54,869 nucleotides of DNA from Candidatus Limnocylindria bacterium (GTDB lineage: Bacteria; Chloroflexota; Limnocylindria; QHBO01): contig DASSOH010000008.1 in NCBI GenBank assembly GCA_035700865.1, positions 1 through 54,869 on the forward strand. The letters run 5' to 3'. How positions within the stretch are numbered: position 1 is the stretch's first letter; each line of letters begins with the position of its first letter. The notes below the pieces were generated by a model, which saw nothing but the letters and a program-made list of their open reading frames with translations, was not told where the DNA came from and searched no databases. The position numbers and the translations under genes were made by a program. This document shows, in pieces, positions 26,199 through 36,220 of this stretch.

Positions 26199-26825
26199 CT
26201 AGCGCGAGTAGTACTCGACGACGAGCTGCTCGTTGAACTCGAGCGGCATCTGCTCGCGCGCCGGTTCGGCGAGCACCGAGCCCGACAGCTTCGTCGGGTC
26301 GACGCTCACCCAGTCGGGGATCTGGGCCGATCGCATGGTGTCGGCGGCGGTCTTGAAGAACTCCCGACCGCGGCGAGACTCGCGCACCTCGATGCGATCG
26401 CCGACCTTCACCGCGAAGCTCGGGATGTTGGTGGGACGTCCGTTGACCGCGAAGTGGCCGTGGCTGACCAGCTGGCGCGCCTGGGCGCGGCTGGAGGCGA
26501 AGCCCATCCGATAGACGACGTTGTCGAGGCGCATCTCGAGCATGCGCAGCAGGTTCTCGCCGGTCATGCCCTTGCGCTGCTCGGCCTTCTCGAAGTAGTT
26601 GCGGAACTGCTTCTCGAGCACGGAGTAGCTCTTGCGCACCTTCTGCTTCTCGCGCAGCTGGAGGCCGAACTCGCTCACCTTGCGGCGGCGCATGGTGTTC
26701 ATGCCCGGGGGCGTGCTGCGGCGTTCGAAGGAGCACTTGCGGCTGTAGCAGCGGCTGCCCTTCAGGAAGAGCTTCAGCCCCTCGCGACGGCAGATGCGGC
26801 AGACGGCGTCGTTGTAGCGTGCCAT
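26199..26825 (-). CDS. rpsD: 30S ribosomal protein S4
   Basis: [16 protein letters not shown]... and an S4 RNA-binding domain ([12 protein letters not shown]). Confidence 0.97.
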   Translation of the reverse strand: MARYNDAVCRICRREGLKLFLKGSRCYSRKCSFERRSTPPGMNTMRRRKVSEFGLQLREKQKVRKSYSVLEKQFRNYFEKAEQRKGMTGENLLRMLEMRLDNVVYRMGFASSRAQARQLVSHGHFAVNGRPTNIPSFAVKVGDRIEVRESRRGREFFKTAADTMRSAQIPDWVSVDPTKLSGSVLAEPAREQMPLEFNEQLVVEYYSR

Positions 26826-26838
26826 GTCGATCCCTCTC

Positions 26839-27234
26839 TCAGACCCGGCGCCGCTTCGGCGGGCGGCAGCCGTTGTGCGGGATCGGCGTCACGTCGGTGA
26901 TGGCGGTGACCTCCAGGCCGGCGGACTGGAGCGAGCGGATCGCCTGCTCGCGACCGCCGCCCGGGCCCTTCACGAAGACCTCGATCTGGCGCATGCCGTG
27001 CTCCATGGCGCGGCGCGCGGCCAGGTCGGCCGTCTGCGCGGCCGCGTACGGCGTGCTCTTGCGGGAGCCCTTGAAGCCGACGAGCCCGGCGCTGCCCCAG
27101 CTGATCACGTTCCCACCGGGATCGGTGATCGTGACGATCGTGTTGTTGAACGTCGACTGGATGTGCGCGTGCCCGGTCGGCACGTTCTTGCGCTCGCGCT
27201 TCTTCCCGCGCTGGGCGCGCTTTCGGTCTGCCAT
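26839..27234 (-). CDS. rpsK: 30S ribosomal protein S11
   Basis: [19 protein letters not shown] and [15 protein letters not shown]. Confidence 0.97.
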   Translation of the reverse strand: MADRKRAQRGKKRERKNVPTGHAHIQSTFNNTIVTITDPGGNVISWGSAGLVGFKGSRKSTPYAAAQTADLAARRAMEHGMRQIEVFVKGPGGGREQAIRSLQSAGLEVTAITDVTPIPHNGCRPPKRRRV

Positions 27235-27244
27235 GGAACTCCCG

Positions 27245-27616
27245 TTACTTCTTGCGACGGACGCCGACGACCTTGCGGGCGCCGCGACGCTGTCGCGCGT
27301 TCGTCTTCGTGCGCTGCCCGCGGACCGGCAGGTTGCGCCGATGTCGCAGGCCCCGGTAGGAGCCGATCTCCATCAGGCGCTTGATGTTCATGCTGACCTC
27401 GCGCCGGAGGTCGCCCTCGACCTTGAACTGGCGATCGACCACCTCGCGGAGGCGGTTGACCTCGTCCTCGGTGAGGTCGCGGACGCGGGCATCCGGCGAC
27501 ACGTTGGCCGCCTGGATCACCTTGGCCGCGGAGGTGGGGCCGATGCCGTGGATATAGGTGAGGCTGACGATCACGCGCTTCTCGCGCGGGATGTCGACGC
27601 CACTGATTCGAGCCAC
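27245..27616 (-). CDS. rpsM: 30S ribosomal protein S13
   Basis: [14 protein letters not shown]... and [26 protein letters not shown] start at 27614-27616. Confidence 0.97.
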   Translation of the reverse strand: MARISGVDIPREKRVIVSLTYIHGIGPTSAAKVIQAANVSPDARVRDLTEDEVNRLREVVDRQFKVEGDLRREVSMNIKRLMEIGSYRGLRHRRNLPVRGQRTKTNARQRRGARKVVGVRRKK

Positions 27617-27623
27617 GCTCTCG

Positions 27624-27737
27624 CTACCCCTGCCGCTGCTTGTGCTTGGGAATGACGCAAATGACCATCACCACGCCGGAGCGCCTGATCACCTTGCAGC
27701 GCTCGCAGCGGGGCTTCACGGAGGCAGAAACCTTCAT
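27624..27737 (-). CDS. rpmJ: 50S ribosomal protein L36 (not in the supplied ORF track because it is under 60 aa)
   Basis: Hand translation of the minus strand gives [37 protein letters not shown], a near-consensus L36 with a Cys3-His zinc motif. The ATG at 27735-27737 overlaps the infA TGA (ATGA). Confidence 0.93.
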   Translation of the reverse strand: MKVSASVKPRCERCKVIRRSGVVMVICVIPKHKQRQG

Positions 27738-27952
27738 CTCATCCTGTACGTGATGCGACCCCGGGTGAGGTCATAGGGACTCAGCTCGACACGAACGGTG
27801 TCGCCGGGCAGGATGCGAATGAAGTTCTGGCGCAGCTTCCCGGAGATGTGGGCGAGCACTTCGTGCCCGTTCTCCAGGCGCACCTTGAACATCGCGTTCG
27901 GCAGGGGGAGGATCACCTCACCCTCGACCTCGATGGCATCCTTCTTCGGCAA
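27734..27952 (-). CDS. infA: translation initiation factor IF-1
   Basis: [40 protein letters not shown]... TTG start at 27950-27952, with GAGGGTG 8 nt upstream. Confidence 0.95.
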   Translation of the reverse strand: MPKKDAIEVEGEVILPLPNAMFKVRLENGHEVLAHISGKLRQNFIRILPGDTVRVELSPYDLTRGRITYRMR

Positions 27953-28041
27953 GCGACACGCACCCTCGTTTCAAGCTCTGGTCAGTTCAATGGGATTGAC
28001 ACACGGAAAGGCCGCCGCACAGGGCGACCCACGGAACGAGG

Positions 28042-28071
28042 AGTATACAGCAACGCTCCCCGACCGCACAA
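28042..28071 (-). promoter_or_regulatory. sigma-70-type promoter upstream of infA (internal promoter for infA-rpmJ-rpsM-rpsK-rpsD-rpoA-rplQ)
   Basis: The minus strand reads TTGTGC (28066-28071), an 18-nt spacer, then TATACT (28042-28047), followed by CCTCGTTC. It lies in the 125-nt map-infA spacer. Confidence 0.6.
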
Positions 28072-28077
28072 GGCAGC

Positions 28078-28860
28078 TCACGGTCGCTCCGTGAGCACGT
28101 CCGGGCCGTGCTCGGTCACCGCGATGGTGTTCTCGAAGTGCGCCGCCAGCTGCCCGTCCGCCGTGCACACGGTCCAGTTGTCGTCGGCGACGTACACGTC
28201 GTCAGCGCCGAGCGTGAACATCGGCTCGATGGCGAAGCACATCCCGGCCTCGATGAGCATCCCGGTCCCCGCGCGGCCGTAGTTCGGCACCTGGGGCTCC
28301 TCGTGCATGGCGCGGCCGATGCCGTGACCCACGAAGGGCCGCACGATCCCATAGCCGCGCTCGTGCGCGACCGATTCGATGGCGTGGCCCACGTCGCCAA
28401 GCCGGTTCCCCGGCATGGCGGCCGCGATGCCCGCCTCCATCCCCCGTCGCGTCATGTCGACCAGCTCGCTCACCTCGCGCGGCACGCTGCCGACGATCCA
28501 GGTGCGGGCACAGTCGGCATGCCAGCCCTCGACGATGCATCCGACATCGATGCTGACCACGTCGCCGTCCGCGATGCGGCGCCTCGAGGACGGGATGCCG
28601 TGGACGACCTCGTCGTTGATGCTGGCGCAGATGACGCCCGGAAACGGGGGGTTGCTGCCGTAGCCCTTGAACGACGGCACGGCCCCGGCGTCGCGCATCA
28701 TGCGCTCCGCGATGGCGTCGAGCTCGCCGGTCGTGACGCCGGGCCGCAGCTCGGCGCGGAGCACGTCGAGGATGCCGGCCAGGATCTGGCCGGCGGCCCG
28801 CATGCGATCGATCTCGGCGGGCCGCTTGATCGTCGCGGCCCCGGTGCTGCGCATGCCCAT
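28078..28860 (-). CDS. map: type I methionine aminopeptidase
   Basis: Metal ligands in context: VVSIDVG, GWHAD, VGHGIG and FAIEPM. The ATG at 28858-28860 shares 1 nt with the adk TGA (alternative ATG at 28854). Confidence 0.93.
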   Translation of the reverse strand: MGMRSTGAATIKRPAEIDRMRAAGQILAGILDVLRAELRPGVTTGELDAIAERMMRDAGAVPSFKGYGSNPPFPGVICASINDEVVHGIPSSRRRIADGDVVSIDVGCIVEGWHADCARTWIVGSVPREVSELVDMTRRGMEAGIAAAMPGNRLGDVGHAIESVAHERGYGIVRPFVGHGIGRAMHEEPQVPNYGRAGTGMLIEAGMCFAIEPMFTLGADDVYVADDNWTVCTADGQLAAHFENTIAVTEHGPDVLTERP

Positions 28861-29555
28861 CAGCGCGCGGCCTCGGGCTGGCCCAGGCGGGCCAGGATGG
28901 CCGCCGTCACCGCCTCGATGGGCTGGGTGCCGTCGAGCCGGTCGACCTTGCCGGCCGCCTCGTAGTGGTCGACGACGGCGAGCATCGGCGGGACCTGGCG
29001 GTCGAGCCGCGCGCGAACGACCTCGGGCCGGTCGTCGTCGCGCTGCCGGAGCCGCGTCCCGTCGTTGTCGCAGATGCCCGGGACGCGCGGCCGGTCCTTG
29101 GTCTCGTGATAGGGCGTCCCGCAGGTCGGGCAGATCCAGCGACCGGCGACGCGCCGGACGAGCTCCTCGACCGGCACCTCGATGTAGAAGACGCGTCGGA
29201 TCCCCTCCCCCTGGTCCGCCAGCGTCTGGTCCAGGGCGGCCGCCTGGCCGACGGTCCGTGGGAACCCGTCCAGGATGGCGCCCTGCGCCGCCTCGGGGCG
29301 CGCGAGCTCCTCCATGAACATGCCGATGGTGATCTCGTCCGGCACGAGCTCGCCGCGCTCCATGTAGACGCGCGCCTCCTCGCCGAGCGGCGAGCCCGCC
29401 GCCATCGCCGCGCGGAACAGGTTGCCGGAGGCGAGGTGCGGGATGCCGAGCTCGTCGGACAGGATCGAGGCCTGGGTCCCCTTGCCGGCGCCGACCGCGC
29501 CGACGAGGAGGAGGATCAGCCGGTCGCCGTGGCGGCCGGCGGGCGCATCGGTCAC
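28860..29555 (-). CDS. adk: adenylate kinase (zinc-lid type)
   Basis: P-loop LVGAVGAGKGTQA and the lid motif CPTCGTPYH...CDNDG. The GTG at 29553-29555 overlaps the secY TGA (GTGA). The rest of the 496-aa track ORF is junk. Confidence 0.92.
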   Translation of the reverse strand: MTDAPAGRHGDRLILLLVGAVGAGKGTQASILSDELGIPHLASGNLFRAAMAAGSPLGEEARVYMERGELVPDEITIGMFMEELARPEAAQGAILDGFPRTVGQAAALDQTLADQGEGIRRVFYIEVPVEELVRRVAGRWICPTCGTPYHETKDRPRVPGICDNDGTRLRQRDDDRPEVVRARLDRQVPPMLAVVDHYEAAGKVDRLDGTQPIEAVTAAILARLGQPEAAR

Positions 29556-30838
29556 CGGATGAAGCCTTCGTAGTGGCGCATCATCATCTGCGCCTCCAGC
29601 TGCTTCATCGTCTCGACCACCACGCTGACCACGATCAGGATGCTGGTGCCGCCGAGCTGCAGGTTGTTCGTGCCCGGGATGATGGCGGTGAGGATGTACG
29701 GCAGCACGGCGATGACGCCCAGGAAGAGGGCGCCGCCCAGCGTGATGCGGTTCGTCACGCGGCCCAGGAACTCCTCGGTCGGCTTCCCGGGCCGGATGCC
29801 GGGGATGAAGCCGCCGTTCTTGCGCAGGTAGTCGGCCGTCTGGTCGGGCCGGAACTGGAACGCGGTGTAGAAGTAGGTGAAGAAGACGACCAGCAGGAAG
29901 TAGAGGCTGCCGTACAGCAGCAGGTTGTTCGTCCCGTTCAGGTTCGTGCTGATCCAGCTCGACACGTTCCGGACCCAGTCGATGTCGCTGGTCGTGAAGT
30001 AGGCGGCGATCTGCGCCGGGAAGAGCAGGATGCTGACGGCGAAGATGATCGGGATGACGCCGGCCATCGTGACCTTCAGCGGCAGGTACTGGGTCTGGCC
30101 CTGGTACATGCGCCGCCCGCGCACCCGGCTGGCGTACTGCACCGGGATGCGGCGCTGGCCCTCGTTGATGAAGACGACCGCGGCGATGATCAGCACGCCG
30201 AGGATGGCGAACGGGATGATGCGGCCCAGCGCATCGGGCTGCCCGAGCGTCGGACCGACCTGCTGCGGGATGCTGCCGACGATGCCGGCGAAGATGATGA
30301 AGCTGATGCCGTTGCCCAGGCCCTTCTCGCTGATCAGCTCGCCGAGCCACATCAGCAGGACGGTGCCGGCGGTGAAGCTCAGCAGCAGGCTGATGGTCTG
30401 GATGCTGAACAGCGGGCTGGCCGGGATCACGCCGTTGGCGCTCAGCAGCACGCTGATGCCGTAGCCCTGCGCCAGGGCCAGCGGCACGGTCAGCAGGCGG
30501 GTGTACTGGTTGAGCTTGTTGCGGCCGTACTCACCCTCGCGCGAGAGCTCCTCGAGCGACGGGATCACGCCGCGCATCAGCTGCATGATGATGCTGGCGT
30601 TGATGTAGGGGTTCACCCCCAGTCCGATGATCGAGGCGGCCGCCAGGCCGCCGCCCGAGAAGATGTTCAGGATGCTGAGCAGCGGGTTGCTGGTGAACAG
30701 GTCGGTCAGGGCGGCCGTGTTCACGTTCGGCACCGGAACGTTCGTCAGCGCTCGGAAGACCAGCAGGATCCCGAGCGTGAAGAGGATCTTGCGCCGGATG
30801 TCCGGCGCGCGGAGGGCGGTGGCGACCGTCTCGATCAA
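29552..30838 (-). CDS. secY: preprotein translocase subunit SecY
   Basis: 428 aa, 10 TM, with ILFTLGILLVFR and GISFIIFAGIV motifs. The TTG start at 30836-30838 overlaps the rplO TGA (TTGA). Confidence 0.96.
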   Translation of the reverse strand: MIETVATALRAPDIRRKILFTLGILLVFRALTNVPVPNVNTAALTDLFTSNPLLSILNIFSGGGLAAASIIGLGVNPYINASIIMQLMRGVIPSLEELSREGEYGRNKLNQYTRLLTVPLALAQGYGISVLLSANGVIPASPLFSIQTISLLLSFTAGTVLLMWLGELISEKGLGNGISFIIFAGIVGSIPQQVGPTLGQPDALGRIIPFAILGVLIIAAVVFINEGQRRIPVQYASRVRGRRMYQGQTQYLPLKVTMAGVIPIIFAVSILLFPAQIAAYFTTSDIDWVRNVSSWISTNLNGTNNLLLYGSLYFLLVVFFTYFYTAFQFRPDQTADYLRKNGGFIPGIRPGKPTEEFLGRVTNRITLGGALFLGVIAVLPYILTAIIPGTNNLQLGGTSILIVVSVVVETMKQLEAQMMMRHYEGFIR

Positions 30839-31464
30839 GCCTCGGTCTCGCTTTCGGTCTCAGCGGTCTCGGTGGGCTCCGTGGTCTCTGCGGCCTCGGC
30901 AGGCTCAGCGGCCTCGGCAGGCTCAGCGCCCTCGGTGGGCTCGTCGGCCGCTTCGGTCTCCTCGGCGACCACGGCCTCGGCGACGGGCTCCTCCTCCTCG
31001 ACCGGCGCGTTGTCCGGCCAGCTGAGACGCTGGACCGTGCAGCCTGCGGCGTTGAGCTTGTCCAGCGCCGTCCGGCTGAAGGCGTGCGCGTGGATCGTGA
31101 TGCCCGACGGCGCGTCGCCGTTGCCGAGCACCTTGACCGGCAGCTTCGTGTCGCGGATCAGGCCGTCGTGGGCGAGCACGTCCGGGGTGACCAGGGTGCC
31201 CTTCTCGATGCCGGCCAGCTTGGCCAGGTTGAGCGGGGCGTACTCGATCCGTCCGCGGTTGCGGAAGCCGTGGAGCTTCGGCGTGCGAACGTGGAGCGGC
31301 GTCTGCCCGCCCTCGAACCAGGCGGGGATGCTGGCGCCGGCGCGCGACTTCTGGCCCTTCGTGCCGCGCCCCGCGGTCTTGCCGCGCCCGGAGCCATGGC
31401 CGCGCCCGACGCGACGCGCCGGCTTGCGCGACCCGGGAGCCGGGTGCAGATCGTGGAGCTTCAC
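30835..31464 (-). CDS. rplO: 50S ribosomal protein L15 with a roughly 60-aa acidic C-terminal extension
   Basis: The core RRVGRGHGSGRGKTAGRGTKGQKSR... ends near residue 147. It is followed by an E/A/P/T-rich tail (AEPAEAAEPAEAAETTEPTETAETESETEA). Confidence 0.93.
   Translation of the reverse strand: MKLHDLHPAPGSRKPARRVGRGHGSGRGKTAGRGTKGQKSRAGASIPAWFEGGQTPLHVRTPKLHGFRNRGRIEYAPLNLAKLAGIEKGTLVTPDVLAHDGLIRDTKLPVKVLGNGDAPSGITIHAHAFSRTALDKLNAAGCTVQRLSWPDNAPVEEEEPVAEAVVAEETEAADEPTEGAEPAEAAEPAEAAETTEPTETAETESETEA
30893..30928. repeat. perfect 18-nt tandem duplication inside the rplO tail
   Basis: gcctcggcaggctcagcg occurs twice (30893-30910 and 30911-30928), with a degenerate third copy following. 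It encodes AEPAEA twice. Confidence 0.9.
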
Positions 31465-31700
31465 TTCGTGTCCTCTTCCTGTGCCGAGCCGGCGGGCTCC
31501 TCCACCTCGAGGAGGAACGCGACACGGCGCAGCATGCCTCGGTTCTCGGGGGTGTCCGCCACCTCGACCGTCTGGTGCAGCCGATGCAGGCCGAGCGCCC
31601 GGACGGTGCCGCGCGCGCCGGCGTTGTGGCCGATGGTCGATCGGACGAGCTTCACGCGCAGCGCGTCGCTCGGCTTCGCCTTACCGGCCACGGCGGTCAC
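31461..31700 (-). CDS. rpmD: 50S ribosomal protein L30
   Basis: [55 protein letters not shown]. The start overlaps the rpsE end by 20 nt, so the start is uncertain. Confidence 0.9.
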   Translation of the reverse strand: MTAVAGKAKPSDALRVKLVRSTIGHNAGARGTVRALGLHRLHQTVEVADTPENRGMLRRVAFLLEVEEPAGSAQEEDTK

Positions 31701-32268
31701 CTCCCACGTTCATCGGCTCGCGCCGCTCCGGGATCTCGTGCGGGCGTCGCGCCATCTCGGCGCCGCGCTTGCCCAGGAGGTCCTCCGCCGTGCGCCCGCG
31801 CAGGGCGGCGATGTCGTCGGCCGAGCGCAGCGCCTTCAGGCACTCGATCGTGGCGCGGACGACATTGATCGGGTTGGTCGAGCCCTGCGCCTTGCTCAGC
31901 AGGTCGCGGATTCCGGCCGCCTCGACGACCGAGCGGACCGAGCCACCCGCGATGACGCCGGTGCCCGCGCTGGCGGGCTTGAGCATCACCTTGGCCGCAC
32001 CGAAGTTGCGGTGCACCTCGTGGGGGATGGTGCTGCCGACCAGCGGCACCTTGATCAGGTGCTTCTTCGCGTCCTCGACGCCCTTGCGAATCGCCTCGGG
32101 CACCTCGCCGGCCTTGCCGATGCCGGCGCCGACGTTGCCGTTGCCGTCGCCGACGACCACCACCGCACTGAAGCTGAAGCGGCGGCCGCCCTGGACGACC
32201 TTGGCGACGCGATTGATCTGGACGACCTTCTCTTCCAGGTTGAGCTTGGACGGGTCGATCCGTGCCAT
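31681..32268 (-). CDS. rpsE: 30S ribosomal protein S5
   Basis: [39 protein letters not shown]... It has a roughly 30-aa basic C-terminal extension. Confidence 0.96.
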   Translation of the reverse strand: MARIDPSKLNLEEKVVQINRVAKVVQGGRRFSFSAVVVVGDGNGNVGAGIGKAGEVPEAIRKGVEDAKKHLIKVPLVGSTIPHEVHRNFGAAKVMLKPASAGTGVIAGGSVRSVVEAAGIRDLLSKAQGSTNPINVVRATIECLKALRSADDIAALRGRTAEDLLGKRGAEMARRPHEIPERREPMNVGGDRRGR

Positions 32269-32284
32269 GCGCTGTCTCCTCTCG

Positions 32285-32638
32285 CTACAGGTTGAGGCCG
32301 CCCTCGCGGGCGCCCTCGGCGAGCGAGCGGACCCGCCCGTGGTACTGGTAGCCGCCCCGGTCGAGCACGACCGCCTCGACGCCCGCGGCCTTCGCCCGCT
32401 CGGCGAGGGCCCGGCCGACGGCGCGCGCCGAATCGACCTTGGTCGACCCGCCGAGCTCCGACTCGCGGCTCGAGGCCGCGGCCAGGGTCCGGCCGGTGGT
32501 GTCGTCGATGACCTGGGCGTAGATGTATTTCGCGCTGCGGAAGACCGACAGGCGCGGGCGCTCCGCCGTTCCGGTGATCCGGAGCCGAAGGCGCTCGTGG
32601 CGCTTGCGACGCAGGACGTCGCGAGACAGGTTCGTCAT
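32285..32638 (-). CDS. rplR: 50S ribosomal protein L18
   Basis: [18 protein letters not shown]... and a C-terminal [21 protein letters not shown]. Confidence 0.96.
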   Translation of the reverse strand: MTNLSRDVLRRKRHERLRLRITGTAERPRLSVFRSAKYIYAQVIDDTTGRTLAAASSRESELGGSTKVDSARAVGRALAERAKAAGVEAVVLDRGGYQYHGRVRSLAEGAREGGLNL

Positions 32639-32646
32639 CGGTCTCC

Positions 32647-33192
32647 TCAGCCTCCGACCTTGCCGGCCTTGCCGGCCTTGCGGAGGATGTGCTCACCCGC
32701 GTACTTGATGCCCTTCCCCTTGTACGGCTCCGGCTTGCGCTGCGAGCGGATGTAGGCGGCGGTCTGTCCGACCAGCTCCTTGTCCGCGCCGAAGACGCCC
32801 AGGCGGGTCGGGCTCTCGAGCCGGAACTCGATGCCCGCCGGGGGATCCACCTCGACCGGGTGCGAGTAGCCGAGCGCGAGCACCAGCTTCGGACCCTGCA
32901 GCTGCGCGCGATAGCCGACGCCGCTGATCTCGAGGTTCTTGGTGAAGCCGGTCGTGACGCCGGTGATCATGTTGTTGATGAGGGTGCGGGTCAGGCCGTG
33001 CAGCGCCCGGTGGCGCGGCTCGTCGGTCGGGCGGACCACGCGCAGCGTGCCGTCCTCGCGCTCGAGCGTCATCTCCGGATGGATCTCACGCTCCAGCGTG
33101 CCGAGCGGGCCCTTGACGCGCAGCCGGCTCCCCTCCTGGGTGACCTCCACTCCACTGGGGAGCGAGATCGGCAGTCGTCCGATTCGAGACAT
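32647..33192 (-). CDS. rplF: 50S ribosomal protein L6
   Basis: [17 protein letters not shown]... and [10 protein letters not shown]. Confidence 0.96.
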   Translation of the reverse strand: MSRIGRLPISLPSGVEVTQEGSRLRVKGPLGTLEREIHPEMTLEREDGTLRVVRPTDEPRHRALHGLTRTLINNMITGVTTGFTKNLEISGVGYRAQLQGPKLVLALGYSHPVEVDPPAGIEFRLESPTRLGVFGADKELVGQTAAYIRSQRKPEPYKGKGIKYAGEHILRKAGKAGKVGG

Positions 33193-33203
33193 GCGGTCGC
33201 TCC

Positions 33204-33602
33204 TTACCAGACGTAGCAGAGGACCTCGCCGCCGAGGTTCTGCTTCCGGGCATCGCTGCCGGTCATGATCCCGCGGGAGGTGGAGAGGATGGCCAGGCCG
33301 AGACCGCCCAGGACGCGGGGGATCTCCGTCTTGCGCGCGTAGACGCGCAGGCCCGGCTTGCTGATGCGCTTGAGGCCGGTCACCACCGGCGTGCGGCCCT
33401 CGACGTACTTGAGGCGCATGGTCAGGAGCTCCTGGACGCCGTCGGGCTGCGTCTCGTACGACTCGATGAAGCCCTCCTCGGTCAGGATCCGCGCGATCTC
33501 GCGCTTCATCCGGGACGAAGGGAGCGTCAGCTCCTTGTGGCGCGCCGCGCTGGCGTTGCGGATGCGCGTCAGCATGTCGGCGATCGGATCGGTCACGTTC
33601 AT
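33204..33602 (-). CDS. rpsH: 30S ribosomal protein S8
   Basis: [13 protein letters not shown]... and a C-terminal GGEVLCYVW. Confidence 0.96.
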   Translation of the reverse strand: MNVTDPIADMLTRIRNASAARHKELTLPSSRMKREIARILTEEGFIESYETQPDGVQELLTMRLKYVEGRTPVVTGLKRISKPGLRVYARKTEIPRVLGGLGLAILSTSRGIMTGSDARKQNLGGEVLCYVW

Positions 33603-33711
33603 CTCGTGTGGTTCATCTCCTCGGCGGTGGTTCGCTCCCGCCCTCGTGCGGGTGGCGCCTTCCGCTGATGGCGGGCCGGACGGGTCCGGACCCTCGTCAG
33701 CGAGCCGGTGG

Positions 33712-33897
33712 CTACCAGCTCGACTTCGTCACGCCCGGCAGCTGGCCCAGCAGGGCCCGCTCCCGGAAGCAGATTCGGCACATCGCGAAGCGCCGCATGT
33801 AGGCGCGCGGCCGTCCGCAGATCGAGCAGCGGTTGTGCTCTCGAACCTCGAACCGGCTCTTGCGCTGCGACTTCGCGATCATCGACTTCTTGGCCAT
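33712..33897 (-). CDS. rpsZ: 30S ribosomal protein S14, type Z (zinc-binding, 61 aa)
   Basis: [13 protein letters not shown]... and the CxxC...CxxC motif ([20 protein letters not shown]). Confidence 0.96.
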   Translation of the reverse strand: MAKKSMIAKSQRKSRFEVREHNRCSICGRPRAYMRRFAMCRICFRERALLGQLPGVTKSSW

Positions 33898-33917
33898 GGG
33901 CTCGTCCTGTCGTCCTT

Positions 33918-34598
33918 TCAGGCGCTCTGGAACGGCATGCCGAGGAGCTCGAGGAGCTTGCGCCCCTCCTCATCGGTCTTCGCCGTCGTCACGATGCTGA
34001 TCTCGAGCCCGCGCAGGCGATCGATCTTGTCGTAGTCGATCTCCGGGTACACGAGCTGCTCGCGGAGGCCGAGGCTGAAGTTGCCTCGACCGTCGAACGA
34101 GCGGGTCGGGATGCCCCGGAAGTCGCGGATGCGCGGCAGCGCGAGCGACAGGGTCCGCTCGAGGAAGTCGTACATGCGCTGGCCGCGCAGCGTCACCTTG
34201 GCGCCGATCGGCATCCCGGTGCGGAGCCGGAACTGCGCGATGCTGCGCTTGGCGCGCGTCACGATCGGCTTCTGCCCGGTGATGGTCGTCAGGTCGCCGA
34301 CCGCGGCGTCGAGCGCCTTGGCGTTGGCGATCGCCTCTCCCAGGCCGATGTTGACCACGACCTTCTCGAGGCGCGGGATCTGCATCGAGTTCGTGTAGCT
34401 GAACTCGCGCTGGAGCGCCGGCACGATCTCCTCGTGGTAGCGCTGGCGCAGCCCGGAGTACGACGGCGCCTGATACGTGCCCGTGCTGGCACGACCGTTC
34501 GTCGCCTTCTCGTCGCCGTTGCCCGACGCCTCAGGCTTCGGGGCCGCCTTGGCCGCCGTGCCGCGAGCGCGGGTCGTCTTCTTCTCCTCGGGGCTCAC
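33918..34598 (-). CDS. rplE: 50S ribosomal protein L5 with a roughly 47-aa N-terminal extension
   Basis: The core starts near [39 protein letters not shown]. The only in-frame start upstream of the core is the GTG at 34596-34598, which overlaps the rplX TGA (GTGA). Confidence 0.9.
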   Translation of the reverse strand: MSPEEKKTTRARGTAAKAAPKPEASGNGDEKATNGRASTGTYQAPSYSGLRQRYHEEIVPALQREFSYTNSMQIPRLEKVVVNIGLGEAIANAKALDAAVGDLTTITGQKPIVTRAKRSIAQFRLRTGMPIGAKVTLRGQRMYDFLERTLSLALPRIRDFRGIPTRSFDGRGNFSLGLREQLVYPEIDYDKIDRLRGLEISIVTTAKTDEEGRKLLELLGMPFQSA

Positions 34599-34924
34599 TT
34601 GCTCGACACCTCGATCTGCTCGCCGCACTGCTTGCAGACGCGCACGCGTCGCCCGTCCTCGAGCTGCTGATGCCCGATGCGGGTCGGCTTGTTGCAGCGC
34701 GGGCAGACCACCTGGACATTGCTGATGTGGATCGGCACGGGCAGGTCGATGATCCCGGCCTGCTGGGTGCGAGCCCGCGGACGCTGGTGGCGCTTGGCCA
34801 TGTTCACGCCCGGGATCACGACCCCGTAGCCACGCTTGGTCTTCTCGACACGCTCCACGGTGCCGCGCTTGCCGCGGTCCTTGCCCGCCAGCACGAGCAC
34901 CGTGTCGCCCCGTCGTACGTTCAT
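34595..34924 (-). CDS. rplX: 50S ribosomal protein L24 (Cys4-containing form)
   Basis: The KOW motif [18 protein letters not shown], with the C-terminal part carrying CPRC...CKQC. Confidence 0.95.
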   Translation of the reverse strand: MNVRRGDTVLVLAGKDRGKRGTVERVEKTKRGYGVVIPGVNMAKRHQRPRARTQQAGIIDLPVPIHISNVQVVCPRCNKPTRIGHQQLEDGRRVRVCKQCGEQIEVSSK

Positions 34925-34926
34925 CG

Positions 34927-35295
34927 CTAGAGCACCTCCGGGGCGAGCGAGACGATCTTCATGTAGTTGCGCTCCCGGAGCTCGCGGGCCACCGGACCGA
35001 AGATCCGGGTCCCGCGCGGGCTGCCCTGCGCGTTGATCAGGACGGCCGCGTTCTCGTCGAAGCGGATGTGGCTGCCATCGGGGCGGCCGTACTCCTTGGT
35101 GGTTCGCACCACCACGGCACGCACGACATCGCCCTTCTTGACGCCGGAGTTCGGGAGGGCCTGCTTGACGCTGGCGACGATCACGTCGCCCACCTCGGCC
35201 GTGTCACTCGTCGAGCGACCCAGCACGGTGATGCACATCAGCGTCCGCGCGCCGGAGTTGTCGGCCACGCGCAGCCTGCTGTACTGCCGAATCAT
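34927..35295 (-). CDS. rplN: 50S ribosomal protein L14
   Basis: [17 protein letters not shown]... Confidence 0.97.
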   Translation of the reverse strand: MIRQYSRLRVADNSGARTLMCITVLGRSTSDTAEVGDVIVASVKQALPNSGVKKGDVVRAVVVRTTKEYGRPDGSHIRFDENAAVLINAQGSPRGTRIFGPVARELRERNYMKIVSLAPEVL

Positions 35296-35576
35296 GCCTG
35301 CTCCGTCCCGTCCACCAGCTCCTCGCCGGAGCCACGTGTCAGCACCTCGACGACGGTCCAGCGCTTGTCGCGCGAGAGCGGACGGCTCTCCTCGATGCGC
35401 ACCGTGTCGCCGACGTGCGCCGAGTTCTCCGCGTCATGGGCCTTGAACTTGGTCGAGAGCCGCACCACCCGCTTGTAGATCGGGTGCCGTCGCAGCCGCT
35501 CGACGCTGACCACGACGGTCTTGTCCATCTTGTCGGACACCACGCGTCCGGTCTTCGTTCGTCGCTTGCCCTGCAT
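35292..35576 (-). CDS. rpsQ: 30S ribosomal protein S17
   Basis: [27 protein letters not shown]... and WTVVEVL. Confidence 0.96.
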   Translation of the reverse strand: MQGKRRTKTGRVVSDKMDKTVVVSVERLRRHPIYKRVVRLSTKFKAHDAENSAHVGDTVRIEESRPLSRDKRWTVVEVLTRGSGEELVDGTEQA

Positions 35577-35803
35577 CAGCTGGCCTTCTCAGTCTGCGTC
35601 GCCTCGGCCTCGGCGGCGTGGCGACGCTCGGTCATCACGGTCAGGATGCGGGCGATCCGCTTGCGGGTCGCCGGCAGCCTGCTGTAGTTGCTCTCCTGTC
35701 GCGTGGCGAGGTCGAAGCGGATCTTCCACAGCTCCTGCTTCGCGTCACGCAGCGCGCCCTCCAGGTCCTTGTCGGAGAGGGCGCGGACCTCACTGATGTC
35801 CAT
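35576..35803 (-). CDS. rpmC: 50S ribosomal protein L29
   Basis: 75 aa and helical ([25 protein letters not shown]). It holds the conserved position between rplP and rpsQ. Confidence 0.93.
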   Translation of the reverse strand: MDISEVRALSDKDLEGALRDAKQELWKIRFDLATRQESNYSRLPATRKRIARILTVMTERRHAAEAEATQTEKAS

Positions 35804-36218
35804 GGTCGAGCCCTTCCTTCATGACGAACTTGGTGCTGATCGGGAGCTTGTGGCTCGCCAGCCGCATCGCCTCGCGGGCGATCGGCTCGGGAACACCGGA
35901 CATCTCGAACATCACCCGGCCGGGCTTGACCACCGCGACCCAGTGGTCGGGCGCGCCCTTGCCCGAGCCCATCCGGACCTCGGCGGGCTTCTTGGTGACC
36001 GGCTTGTCCGGGAAGACCCGGATCCAGACGCGGCCACCGCGCTTGATGTGGTGGGTCATGGCGCGCCGGGCCGCCTCGATCTGCCGGCTGGTCAGCCAGC
36101 AGACTTCCTCGGCCATCAGCCCGTAGTCGCCGAAGCTCACGGTCGTCCCGCCCTTCGCCAGGCCGGCGCGACGCCCGCGCTGGACCTTGCGGTGCTTGAC
36201 GCGCTTTGGCATCAACAT
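35790..36218 (-). CDS. rplP: 50S ribosomal protein L16
   Basis: [16 protein letters not shown]... and [23 protein letters not shown]. Confidence 0.97.
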   Translation of the reverse strand: MLMPKRVKHRKVQRGRRAGLAKGGTTVSFGDYGLMAEEVCWLTSRQIEAARRAMTHHIKRGGRVWIRVFPDKPVTKKPAEVRMGSGKGAPDHWVAVVKPGRVMFEMSGVPEPIAREAMRLASHKLPISTKFVMKEGLDHGHQ

Positions 36219-36220
36219 CG

